A stretch of 64,000 bases of DNA from a virus. Numbering within the stretch: position 1 is the stretch's first letter; each line of letters begins with the position of its first letter. Position numbers and translations under genes: made by a program. Positions 39,371 to 48,733 of this stretch are shown one piece after another. The notes beneath the pieces were generated by a model that did no database searches, was not told where the DNA came from, and saw nothing but the letters and a program-made list of their open reading frames with translations. Where the stretch lies: the IMG/VR virus record IMGVR_UViG_3300027741_000001. One strand, written 5' to 3'.

Positions 39371-39456
39371 TTGAGTTCCTTACTCTCATTTAGGTTAGGC
39401 GATTACCTAACTACTCTCAACTTTACTAAACCTGTTCGGGAATAGTCAAGTTATTT

Positions 39457-39741
39457 TTAGGCGTGTTTTACTAAATAAACAATGGCAATGTATTCATCAG
39501 CATAGGTCGCAACATTATCGGTAAATGTCCAGTTGCGAGCTTTATCTATGTCTAACCACGAAAGTTTGCCGGTGCTATCTTTTAGGGCAACGCTGTTAGT
39601 TTGTAGTTTCCCTATCGTTCTGACCTGATCTAGAAACTTATGAGGTTTTTCCTCACCTGTCTTTATGTCTAGGTATTTGATAATCGTTAGGGTTGTATCA
39701 GGCTTGGCTAATACTCTTTTGAACTCGGCAAGTGTTTTCAT
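39457..39741 (-). CDS. Hypothetical protein
   Basis: ORF track; AGGAG RBS. Confidence 0.7.
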   Translation of the reverse strand: MKTLAEFKRVLAKPDTTLTIIKYLDIKTGEEKPHKFLDQVRTIGKLQTNSVALKDSTGKLSWLDIDKARNWTFTDNVATYADEYIAIVYLVKHA

Positions 39742-39783
39742 TAGTTCTCCTTTTTTAGTTGTGTTCTAACTTTACCAGCTTGG

Positions 39784-40032
39784 CTAGTCTAAGCCAAACT
39801 CTTTTCTAAACTTAACAATGTCTAATCTAGTTTCGGTAATCATCTCACCTAGTTCATTAGACTTTATTGTCGCCTGTTCTAGCTGTGATAATAGCCTGTC
39901 TAGAAACGCTAAGTCTTTATTCGGTGTTGTCTTTACCTGCTCGGTAATACCTTCCAATAGAGATAATAACCCTGCTCGTCTAGATTTTAGATCTAGTAAT
40001 CTCTGTTGTAGTTGTTCTAGTTGCTCGTTCAT
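39784..40032 (-). CDS. Coiled-coil hypothetical protein
   Basis: ORF track. Confidence 0.65.
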   Translation of the reverse strand: MNEQLEQLQQRLLDLKSRRAGLLSLLEGITEQVKTTPNKDLAFLDRLLSQLEQATIKSNELGEMITETRLDIVKFRKEFGLD

Positions 40033-40099
40033 TTTTATTTTCCCTTGTTAGTGATAAAGGTGATAACCCTTTTGGATTACCACCTTTATCGGTGTAGTT

Positions 40100-40456
40100 C
40101 TAACTTACCTTATCGGCATACGCTAACGCAAACTGCTCGGCAGTATAAGTTTCTCCGTCATACTGAACTGAACCTGTATCGGCATTTACAACAACGACAG
40201 GATTATCGTCAAAGGTGTCGCTAGGCTCTGCCTTTATTGCTCTAATGCCGAAACTCAACTCTCCGTTGTAGTTTCCTAACTTTGCGTATTCATAGAATAG
40301 CTGTGCTGTTAGATAAGACGGGTCGCCTATTCTGCCCGTTCTGTCCAATACATTACCAACTGCCTTAGCGTTGTCTGTGCCTGACCAATGCCCATAAAGT
40401 TCTATGGCTGTATCAAACTGCTCGCTTGTGATGTGGATAGTTGCTCTATCGCCCAT
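40100..40456 (-). CDS. Phage hypothetical protein (MGDRA...LYGHWSG type)
   Basis: ORF track; AGGAG RBS; own promoter. Confidence 0.75.
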   Translation of the reverse strand: MGDRATIHITSEQFDTAIELYGHWSGTDNAKAVGNVLDRTGRIGDPSYLTAQLFYEYAKLGNYNGELSFGIRAIKAEPSDTFDDNPVVVVNADTGSVQYDGETYTAEQFALAYADKVS

Positions 40457-40668
40457 TTTTGTTTCTCCTTTTTCGGTGGTTTATTTTTTTTGGTGCTAAC
40501 TAATCTAACCACAACTACCTAAGATTAGTCAAGCTTATTTTCCGGTATGTTCCCTAAATAAAAAATAAGCCTTTTATACACTTGCTTAGGTGTGGAGCAA
40601 GGGAGAAATGAGAGAAACCCTTGCTCGTTGGCAGTAGTGTTAGGGGGGACTAACTGCCAAGCTTGTTT

Positions 40669-40950
40669 TTAGTCTGGTGTCGGGTCATAGCAATTATCGC
40701 AATAACCGATTTTGTCGCTTACAGCATAGCGTTCAGCGTCAATGAGTGGATTATTCTCGTCTATCTGTGCCTTACACAACGGACATCTCTCAACAACTTC
40801 ATTATTGTTGATAAGCATTTCTAGATCGTGTAAAGCTTGTTCGGCACTAATCTCCTTGGAGTAGTAGTCGTTGTAAATAGCCTTTACTGCTTTCTGCTCA
40901 ACTTCGTTCATTTCCATTTTCTGCTCCTTGTTTTTCGGTGGTAGTTCCAC
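40669..40950 (-). CDS. Hypothetical protein with C-terminal Zn finger
   Basis: CPLC...CDNC. Confidence 0.65.
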   Translation of the reverse strand: MELPPKNKEQKMEMNEVEQKAVKAIYNDYYSKEISAEQALHDLEMLINNNEVVERCPLCKAQIDENNPLIDAERYAVSDKIGYCDNCYDPTPD

Positions 40951-41552
40951 TTTACTCGGCTTGATTACTTTTTGTCAAGTTTTCTTTTAGATTAGAAATC
41001 TTGTCTGCTGTCCAAGGGCTATGATTACACTCGCAATGTGGTTTTACCCACTCCCTAGCAATACCGGCAGGGTCGTTGAAACAAGTATCATCTATGTCAT
41101 CTTGGAAACAACGGAGCATAAAGTCGGTGGTCTTTCCACACACTCCACAGCAATACTCAATAACTTCAAGCTTGTGTCCTATGTGGTTGCTTAGGTAGTC
41201 ATTGAAATAGAAACTTTTTGGATCACTAAAATCGCCTTTCGGCTTTCCCTGTTCGGTCATTTTTTCTTTGCTTTCTTGATAGTTAGTTTTACTTCTACGC
41301 TGTAAAAGCGTTCTACAACTTCCCTTGCTGTTTCCCAATAGCCTAAGTCTATGGCGGTTTCTCGGTGAGTTCTAACTAACTCGTCTGCTAGGCGTTCTAG
41401 TAGTTCATCATTGGTTAGGTGTTTTACATACTTGGTCATTTTTCTACTTTCATTTTCGGTGGTATCTCTACCTTACCACTTTTCTCGGTAAAAAGTAAAT
41501 CCCCTAATCCAAACTCTCGGTTCGGTTTATTAGGGGATCGCTTTTTTAGTTC

Positions 41553-41855
41553 TTAGACAAGCTTTATGTATTCGTATTCGGTTGTTCTTAGGCACTCGTC
41601 AAACGCAACAGGGAACTTCTCTTTCATCAAGGCACGATCAAAACTTGTGTTCTTTCCTGCCTGTAAAACATACGAACCCTGTCCAGCAACAACTCCACGC
41701 TTGGCACCATTTAGAGCCTGTGCCAAGATTTCGGTAGCCTGTGCCTTTTGTGTTTCTAGTTCTGCCATTTGGAGCTTGATAGTTTTTAGCAGGGCATAAG
41801 CTTCTTTTGCTTTTTTGCTTGTGATTTTTACTTCTTGTGGTTCTTGATTTTCCAT
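41553..41855 (-). CDS. Hypothetical phage protein
   Basis: ORF track; own TTGACT promoter. Confidence 0.7.
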   Translation of the reverse strand: MENQEPQEVKITSKKAKEAYALLKTIKLQMAELETQKAQATEILAQALNGAKRGVVAGQGSYVLQAGKNTSFDRALMKEKFPVAFDECLRTTEYEYIKLV

Positions 41856-41969
41856 TTATTTACTTCCTTAGTTCTGTGCCGATTTCGGCTATTGGAACTT
41901 CCAATACTTCTAACTTAGTCTTTTCTCTAATCTAAGTCAAGTTTATTTTCATTTATTTTTTCGGTGTGT

Positions 41970-42239
41970 CTAACTATTTTCTAAATAGCTTTGATACTGC
42001 TCTGTTCTTTCTATTACCCTGATCAGTTTTTTATTGTTGGTTAGGGTAGCAAAATCCATTAGACACTCGGCTCGGTTGTAATACTTTTTTGTTTTTATCC
42101 AAGCTCCGTTTAGTGTTCGGTAAGTCAGGCTTGCTCTAATCTCTGCTCCATACTCGGCAGAATAAGTAAGCTCTAACTTTGTCTTAGCGTTCTCTATTTT
42201 CCAGATCGCTATTCTTGATAGTTCGTAATCAACTTTCAC
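41970..42239 (-). CDS. Hypothetical protein
   Basis: GTGA overlap with upstream gene. Confidence 0.6.
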   Translation of the reverse strand: MKVDYELSRIAIWKIENAKTKLELTYSAEYGAEIRASLTYRTLNGAWIKTKKYYNRAECLMDFATLTNNKKLIRVIERTEQYQSYLENS

Positions 42240-42619
42240 TTGGTTTCCCCTTTTTTCATCTCGGCTTTTTCTAGTCTAGTAGCCGATACTAAAACCTGAA
42301 TTTTGTTTCCGTCTGCCAAGCTTAGTCCTAAGCAGTTTCCGTTAGTATCAGTTCCACCTGTAAGGATTACATTACCAACGATTATGTCCGTAGCTCCAAA
42401 ATAATAATTCCAAATAGCAGTTGCTCTGTGGTTGTAAGGTAGTCCGTCTAGTTTGCCTTCCTCGTTTGTCCACATAGTCATAGTTGGCGATAATCTAACG
42501 ATCTCTAAATAACCGCCAACGACTTCCTTGATAACTTCGTATTCGGTTTCGGCAGTAAAGCTCACAACTTCTAGTTCCCCTGCTGTCTTGATAATTAGGG
42601 CTTGCTTTTGATTTTCCAT
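42236..42619 (-). CDS. DUF3846-like protein
   Basis: VGGYLE...NEEGKL.GLP.N.RAT...D.IVG. Confidence 0.8.
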   Translation of the reverse strand: MENQKQALIIKTAGELEVVSFTAETEYEVIKEVVGGYLEIVRLSPTMTMWTNEEGKLDGLPYNHRATAIWNYYFGATDIIVGNVILTGGTDTNGNCLGLSLADGNKIQVLVSATRLEKAEMKKGETK

Positions 42620-42733
42620 TTTTTTCCTTTTTGTCGGGATAGTTCCATTGTTCCAAATAGGTATCGGTAAGTCAAGTATTTCGGCAAAAAAAAATTCGCC
42701 AAGTTTTTAGCCTGACGAATTCTTTTCGGTTGC

Positions 42734-43141
42734 CTAATCTCTGGTCAAATCCTCAATAGTGTCGGCTGGTGGCTCTGTGTGGCTACTAGGTTTCGCTGTT
42801 CTGCTGAAAGTGCTGTTGCCATAGGTCAAGTCGTGTCCAATTGTTTCTGCTTCTATCTCAACGCTTGTTCCTGCTCGTTCGCCATTGTCCCAATCACGAA
42901 CACGCAACTTACCTGAAACGATTACACGATCGCCTTTGCTAACACTTGTAGCAACATTTACCGCTAATGTTCTAAACGCAGTAATGGTGAACCAATTTGT
43001 GTCGCTATCAACCCAACGATTTTGTGTTCTATCCCAACGCCTGATACTACTTGCTAGACGGAAACTTGTAATCTCTAATCCGTCTTGCGTTACTATGTGG
43101 CGTGGTGTTGTTGCTACTAGCCCTGTTGTTATGTATTCCAT
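42734..43141 (-). CDS. ssb: Single-stranded DNA-binding protein (actinobacterial type)
   Basis: SFRLAS..RRWD...W.D.DTNWF...LA.N...S.SKGDRVIV.G.L...EIEA..IGHDL. Confidence 0.9.
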   Translation of the reverse strand: MEYITTGLVATTPRHIVTQDGLEITSFRLASSIRRWDRTQNRWVDSDTNWFTITAFRTLAVNVATSVSKGDRVIVSGKLRVRDWDNGERAGTSVEIEAETIGHDLTYGNSTFSRTAKPSSHTEPPADTIEDLTRD

Positions 43142-43237
43142 TTTATTCCTTTGTTATCGGTGGTTTTTTTGGTAAGCAGTTTAGATACTTGCTTAGGTAT
43201 TTAGGCGTTTGCCTATGGTCTTAGTTTAGTGGTTTCA

Positions 43238-43756
43238 CTAACAAATCTCAAATCCACCACTATCGGTTAGAAACTCGGCAAACTCTTTTATGTCATCAAG
43301 CTCCAAATCGTAGTTAGTTTCCCAACTATCTTTCTTGCCCTCGCCATTACAACCATTACACCAACCCTTTTCTCTACCTAAGAGAATAGCCAAATCCGGT
43401 GCTAATTCACGATCAGACATTTTGTTCTCAACGCCAACCTTGTCGGTTCTAATACCTGTGCCTTGACACCACTCGCAATTTTCTCTTGGCAAAAGTGATA
43501 AGTGTATGTTTCTTGCTTTTACATAAGTGCTTGCTGTTCCGTCAGACAAATCTTTTACAAGCAAGCGAGCAAGCTCCACGCTGTCGTTAGCGTCAAGTCC
43601 ATCACCATCGTTAGTGTGTCCGTTCTTTACCTTGCCAGCAAGGTCTGTGTGTCGGTCTAGGCAGTAGTCCCATAGTGGTCGCCAGCCCCATACATTTCTA
43701 CGGAAGTAAGTTCCCTTTTCGCTTTTTGGATTTTTTCCATAAACATCCATACCCAT
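43238..43756 (-). CDS. Phage protein with CxxCxGxG Zn-finger insert
   Basis: MGMDVYG..YFRRNVWGW; CEWCQGTG, CNGCNGEG. Confidence 0.75.
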   Translation of the reverse strand: MGMDVYGKNPKSEKGTYFRRNVWGWRPLWDYCLDRHTDLAGKVKNGHTNDGDGLDANDSVELARLLVKDLSDGTASTYVKARNIHLSLLPRENCEWCQGTGIRTDKVGVENKMSDRELAPDLAILLGREKGWCNGCNGEGKKDSWETNYDLELDDIKEFAEFLTDSGGFEIC

Positions 43757-43953
43757 TTTTGATTTCCTTTCAGTCGGGTTATGTTTCCAAATTACCAGCT
43801 AATCAGATACAAGTCAAGTTTCTTTACAAAACTTTTCGTGGATTTTCCAAAACAAGTTATCAACTCCACGCCACCACCAGAAGTAATACCACCGATTAGC
43901 GTGAGCATACATTTTACAAACTAGGGGTCTGCCCTTACAGATTTCGCAGTTGA

Positions 43954-44253
43954 TCACTTATCAAGCTTTATCTTGTAGTGGTTCGGCACTAGGTCATTTA
44001 GGTCAAACATAAACTCTAAGCTGTCGTATTGGTCTAGGTTCTCGTCAAGCCACTCCTCAAAATCCGGTGTGTATTTGATGTTGGTGATTAGCCAATAGCC
44101 CTCGTCAATTTCCATTTGACACCATTGTTCAGTTCCTCGCCACTCAAACCAAATCTGTCTGCCAGCGTTTTCTAGCCAAGCTCCCTCAACTTTTGTAATG
44201 ACTACATCAGGGATAAAGTTGTTGTCCTCGTTGGCGTATAGATCGTATTTCAT
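43954..44253 (-). CDS. Hypothetical protein
   Basis: ORF track; AAGGA RBS. Confidence 0.7.
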   Translation of the reverse strand: MKYDLYANEDNNFIPDVVITKVEGAWLENAGRQIWFEWRGTEQWCQMEIDEGYWLITNIKYTPDFEEWLDENLDQYDSLEFMFDLNDLVPNHYKIKLDK

Positions 44254-44604
44254 AGATTTCCTTTTCTAAGAAGTTAGGTGAGCAGTTTATCAACTTACTC
44301 AGGTTTAGCATTTTTTTCTTTTAGGGAGAGAGAATAAAATACAAAAAAAGAAAACCGGATAGTTATTACCATCAACTCCAATAGGGCTACAATTTTTAGG
44401 TCTGGAAGTCAAGACCCTTAGTTTTTTCTCTTGCTAAGGAACAAGCGTAGTTTAGCGACATACATTGGTCGGATTTCACTAGGTTTTCAGGGTAGTAATC
44501 CCCATACCACCAACACTTGTTCCTGAACGGACACCTCTGGTTCTCCACCTAAAACTAAGACTTCTAGGTTTAGGTTTCGGTATGCCTAGCAAAAGTTTAT
44601 TTAG

Positions 44605-45030
44605 TTATTCCTCATAAGGATTATAGTCCTGTTCGGGCGATAACTCAAATCTAAAACTAGCTCCGTATTCATCGTGGCTTGATCGGGTAATTACCATTTC
44701 CTTTTCAGGCGTAATCTCAACCCTTAGCGTGTAATCGCCATTTATGGCAAGAGCTTTTAGTAAGTCCTTAGCAGGAACTTCTGTCCAACCACTCGTGTTG
44801 TCCCAATTCATTTTCTCGCCAACAACTCTGATGATCGTGTCCTCGTCCCAACCCTTACTGTTCAGGTATGGCATTAGAAACTCGTCTGTGAAGTATTGCT
44901 TATCGTCCTCAAAACAACCGAAACACTCGTCACTCCAAGTCATTTCGCCTGTTGTTTCGTCCTCAACCTCGCAAGAGCAAGTGTTAGACATTTTCATTTC
45001 TGTTGCCTGTGGTTCAGTTTCTTTATCCAT
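44605..45030 (-). CDS. Acidic hypothetical protein
   Basis: ORF track; GAAAGGA RBS. Confidence 0.7.
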   Translation of the reverse strand: MDKETEPQATEMKMSNTCSCEVEDETTGEMTWSDECFGCFEDDKQYFTDEFLMPYLNSKGWDEDTIIRVVGEKMNWDNTSGWTEVPAKDLLKALAINGDYTLRVEITPEKEMVITRSSHDEYGASFRFELSPEQDYNPYEE

Positions 45031-45061
45031 TTTGATTTCCTTTCAGTTGGATAAGTTCAGT

Positions 45062-45346
45062 TTATAGACTTACAAGCTGTTCGTCAAGTTCTATCGGCAA
45101 GTAGTTTGGAACTCCACCACACATAACCATACCGATTTTGATTACCAGATCACTAGGCTCAATAGCCAAACATTGAGCAACCTCTATCAGCATTTCACTA
45201 CTGACTTCTTTGCGAGCTTTTTCTATTTCCCATAGGTAAGTAAGCGAGATACGCCCTGATCCTCTATTTACTGTTTGGCGTAGCGTGAGCTGTTTGTCTT
45301 GCCGGTATTCAGCGATTATGTGTCCTAGTGCTTGTCTAAATAGCAT
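45062..45346 (-). CDS. ClgR-like XRE transcription regulator
   Basis: LFR..LG....R....TLR...ISL.YL.E.E..RKE.SSE.L resembles actinobacterial ClgR. Confidence 0.75.
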   Translation of the reverse strand: MLFRQALGHIIAEYRQDKQLTLRQTVNRGSGRISLTYLWEIEKARKEVSSEMLIEVAQCLAIEPSDLVIKIGMVMCGGVPNYLPIELDEQLVSL

Positions 45347-45535
45347 TTCATTTTCCTATTCGTTTAGTGGTTTATTCAGCCTATACCCCTGTGTCAAGTT
45401 TTGTCAAGTTTTAGAGAGGGACTAGGTAAGAAAAAGAACCACCAAAAATTTACCTAGTCCCTGAACGGATAGTTAGAGAGGCATAGCGTCTATCCGTTAT
45501 CGGTGAGAGAAAGCATAAACTCACCGAAGTTTGTT

Positions 45536-46423
45536 TTATTCTAGCGTAGGAACTTCACTATTCAGGGTCGGGTATTGTCTAACTCCCTGATCGTCAAGAA
45601 CCCAAGCTGTCGTTTCATCAAGAACTTCCATTTGCTCGTCAGGGTCGTTCCCCTGTTCCATAGCAAGCTCGTAAGCGTTCTCTGCTGTGTTAGTTCTTAC
45701 TCGGTAAGACTTCTGAATAACAACAATGAACTCTTGTTCATCTCTCGGACAGTCCTTATACCACTCGTCCTCGTCGCTGTCGTTGGCACACCTACAACTG
45801 TCCTCTTGGTCGCTATCGACATAGTCCTTGTGGCTTTGTGGTATGTCCCACTCTTTGTCGATACCATAACTTCCACCTGATCCTGAAAACTCTGCTCCCC
45901 AGCCTTGTTCCTCGGTTGAGTGTAAGTGGAAATGTAGTTCGGGGTGTTGCTGAACCATAGCCCTAAATACAGGTTCAGGGATAGACCAAGCAGTAGAAAA
46001 AGTGTAGCTCAAACTTCTAGTGAGATCGTCTATCTCGTCAAGTTCGGGTGAAACACACTCATCACTAGCGTCCCACTTAGTTCCCCAGTTGCTACTGTTC
46101 CAGCTATACCAGTCATCAGAAGTTTCCTTACTCTCGCCAGTAAAACCTACTCCCTCAACAAAACCAGTAGTTCCGAAATAATCGCCCAGGCTATCTGTCG
46201 GTGGTGCTATGAAGTTCCAAAAAGACATAGGACTTTCATCTGACATTACAGTCAAAATCTTTCGGTCTTTGTCCTCTACCTTAGTAGTAGTTTTGTCCTC
46301 GTTGCGTATCCAGCTTTCAGATAGCCAGCGAGTTTCGTGTTGTTGGCTTGCCTTAGTAGCAAACTTTTTCAGTTCAGCAGGTTCGCCTGAAACAGTTAGA
46401 GAGTTATAGACCCAGTTAGGCAT
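45536..46423 (-). CDS. DUF1281/YubB ferredoxin-like domain protein
   Basis: MPNWVYN.L, WYSW...NWGTKW, F.TAWS.P. Confidence 0.75.
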   Translation of the reverse strand: MPNWVYNSLTVSGEPAELKKFATKASQQHETRWLSESWIRNEDKTTTKVEDKDRKILTVMSDESPMSFWNFIAPPTDSLGDYFGTTGFVEGVGFTGESKETSDDWYSWNSSNWGTKWDASDECVSPELDEIDDLTRSLSYTFSTAWSIPEPVFRAMVQQHPELHFHLHSTEEQGWGAEFSGSGGSYGIDKEWDIPQSHKDYVDSDQEDSCRCANDSDEDEWYKDCPRDEQEFIVVIQKSYRVRTNTAENAYELAMEQGNDPDEQMEVLDETTAWVLDDQGVRQYPTLNSEVPTLE

Positions 46424-46749
46424 TACTTACCCCATTTCTTTCTCTTACTAGCAGGGTGTCGCATTTGAGAAATCATTTTTGTAATGACTTCGTGGTGTTC
46501 CATTTCGCAAGTGATAACTATGTCGTTTAGTTCCTGATCACCTAACTTTTCAGCTAGAAGTTTCATAGGCTCAAATGCTCTGTAAATAGCAGGGTTAGGC
46601 ATTTCAGCCTGAACTAATGCTGATGAAATCGCACAAAAAATTTGGATAGCAGTCGCAGCTACATCTTGTGGTTCGTTGATTTCATTTTGGATAACAGACA
46701 ATAAGCTCTCGTCCTCGTTATTGTGATCGTGTGTCGGGTTATCGCACAT
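46423..46749 (-). CDS. Hypothetical protein
   Basis: ORF track; own promoter. Confidence 0.7.
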   Translation of the reverse strand: MCDNPTHDHNNEDESLLSVIQNEINEPQDVAATAIQIFCAISSALVQAEMPNPAIYRAFEPMKLLAEKLGDQELNDIVITCEMEHHEVITKMISQMRHPASKRKKWGK

Positions 46750-46888
46750 TTGGCAGTTCCTTTCATTTCTCGGTTGTAGTTCTAATTTACTTTGCTTTAT
46801 ACAACTTTGTCAAGTTCCTTTTTTATTTTTTTATTCCGAACAAGTCAAGAGAAAGGAAATGAAAACTTGACCTGCTCGGAACTTTATG

Positions 46889-48733
46889 CTATCGCCCTAT
46901 TCGCATACCTGCTTTGGTAAGAGCCTCTGCCCCTGCCTTACCAACAATTTCAGCAACTTCGGTAATCGCACCCTTGACTTTTACAAGCTGTGTGTCCGAA
47001 CCCTCAATAACAGCACTAGCATAAACACCCTGATCGTAAGTTATCCATAGGACACCCACCCCTGCTTGCTTACATCTTTGTAGCCAAGACTTACACGCTT
47101 TGATTTCCTCGTTGGTGTAGCAAGCGTCAGAAACGATTACTAGCAACCTCGCACTTGTTCCACCAAGTAAATCAAGTTGTCCGTTTAGTGCCTGAAATCC
47201 TAAGTCAAACTTTTCAGTTCCGTCTGGTGCTGTATAGACATTTACATCTTCCAAGTGTTGTCCTACACGCAAGGTTGGAAACACGCCTGAACCGAAATAG
47301 ACCATAGCAGTCTTAGCCTGAACACGCCTACCTGCCTCACTCAAAATCCAAGCTGTGCTTGCCATAGGTTTCATAGCAGAACCCATAGAACCTGAAACAT
47401 CTACCATAATCCCAATAGACAAGTTAGGTGTTTCGGTGTGCTTGCGAGTTTTGTGTCGCCAAGTTTCCACCTGCGACATAATGCCCTTAGACCTAAGAGC
47501 CTCACGCTGAACCATAGCCCTAGAACGCAACCTGCCCTGTGGCATAACCGAGTTGATTTTAGTTTCAGTTCTGTTTCTGTATTTAGCTTTCATAAACAAC
47601 TTAGCAATTAGAACAGCACTTGCTCTTTCAGCAGAAGTAGGCTTGCGAGTTTCCTCTAAGCGAGAACCTGAACCACCCGAACCAATAGTTTCTTTCTCAC
47701 CAAATACACGCTGACCAACTGCCTTGTGCTTGTTCTTTTCCTCTGTGGCGTTGCTCTTGCTCTTGGCTTTTTCTTTTGAGTGTTCGCCCTCTTGCTGATC
47801 GGCTAATTTGTCGTTAGCAGTCATTTCAGCGTTTTCTTTGGCGTTCTCAACTTCTTTCAGCATTTCCTCAATGGTCTTACTGCGACCCTTGCTTTTGCCC
47901 TCGCCCTCACCCTCGCCCTCACTTTCGCCCTCGCCCTCACCACTAGGGAACTCGCAACCACCTTGCGTATCGTCCTCGCCCTTTTCTTTGGCTCGTTCAG
48001 ATACAAGTCTGTCCCACTCAATAGCAAGAGGGTAAAGGTCAGTAGCGTTGTGGTGATTATCGTGAGCTTGTGCTTTTAGCCATAGTTCTCTCAACTTCTC
48101 AATAAAGTCAATGCCTAGTTTTGTTTCTAACATTTCAGCAATACCCTCAACATCACTTCTGTAAAGAATACCGGCATCTATTCTTGCCAAGACTAATCCT
48201 GCCAAGTGAGCCAATGCCCTAGTTTCAGACATTAGGGAAAGCGTATCAACATCACACTCGGCTAACACGATCTCTAAGGCACAAGAGGTTAGAAAATAAC
48301 GATTAGTTGGAATAGCCATAGCACCAAATCCCTCAATGCGACTTTCCTCTAACAAGTGGAGAGCTTTGTTTTGTCTAGGGGTCAAGTCCTTAGAACTTTG
48401 TTCCAATGACCAACGAGAGAACTTAGCGTGGCAAGCCTCGTGGTAGATAGCACCGATAGCCTTTGGAAACTCATACTGATTATTTTTGTCTGCCAAGTTA
48501 GGAATAAAACTTGGTGGAATAGTCCCAAAAGCAATTTCCGTATTTACTTCTATCTCTGACGAAATAGGGTTGTATAGAGCAGGAACGGGTGCGTTTAGTT
48601 TTGTTCCAACATAAGCGATCAAGTCAGTTCTGCCTGACCAAGTATTAGCAAGTTCGCCAATAGTTTTTCCAATAGGTAGCCACTCTTTCGGTGTAGCCTT
48701 TACACCATTTGAGTTAGTTCCGAAGTGCGACAT
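46889..48733 (-). CDS. CobT-like protein: HExxH metallopeptidase-like domain + vWA (MIDAS)
   Basis: YHEACH, LEESRIE, DVSGSM, VSD. Confidence 0.85.
   Translation of the reverse strand: MSHFGTNSNGVKATPKEWLPIGKTIGELANTWSGRTDLIAYVGTKLNAPVPALYNPISSEIEVNTEIAFGTIPPSFIPNLADKNNQYEFPKAIGAIYHEACHAKFSRWSLEQSSKDLTPRQNKALHLLEESRIEGFGAMAIPTNRYFLTSCALEIVLAECDVDTLSLMSETRALAHLAGLVLARIDAGILYRSDVEGIAEMLETKLGIDFIEKLRELWLKAQAHDNHHNATDLYPLAIEWDRLVSERAKEKGEDDTQGGCEFPSGEGEGESEGEGEGEGKSKGRSKTIEEMLKEVENAKENAEMTANDKLADQQEGEHSKEKAKSKSNATEEKNKHKAVGQRVFGEKETIGSGGSGSRLEETRKPTSAERASAVLIAKLFMKAKYRNRTETKINSVMPQGRLRSRAMVQREALRSKGIMSQVETWRHKTRKHTETPNLSIGIMVDVSGSMGSAMKPMASTAWILSEAGRRVQAKTAMVYFGSGVFPTLRVGQHLEDVNVYTAPDGTEKFDLGFQALNGQLDLLGGTSARLLVIVSDACYTNEEIKACKSWLQRCKQAGVGVLWITYDQGVYASAVIEGSDTQLVKVKGAITEVAEIVGKAGAEALTKAGMRIGR

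Larger units (their letters stand above)
35405..39449 (-). promoter_or_regulatory. Seven repeated early promoter + stem-loop cassettes (35405-35461, 35726-35781, 36194-36249, 36633-36686, 37052-37106, 38733-38788, 39394-39449)
   Basis: TTG(A)C-N17/18-TAnnnT followed by TAGTTAGG-loop-CCTA hairpin, each upstream of a small gene. Confidence 0.8.

Noticed and set aside
29842-44471. CRISPR array or integron attC array
   Set aside because: There is no regular repeat-spacer periodicity, no cas or integrase gene, and no attC-like ends. The repeats are microsatellites, promoters or pseudoknots.
44470-44515. Hammerhead-like words CUGAAAA...GAAA
   Set aside because: The core deviates from CUGANGA and there is no room for stem I.
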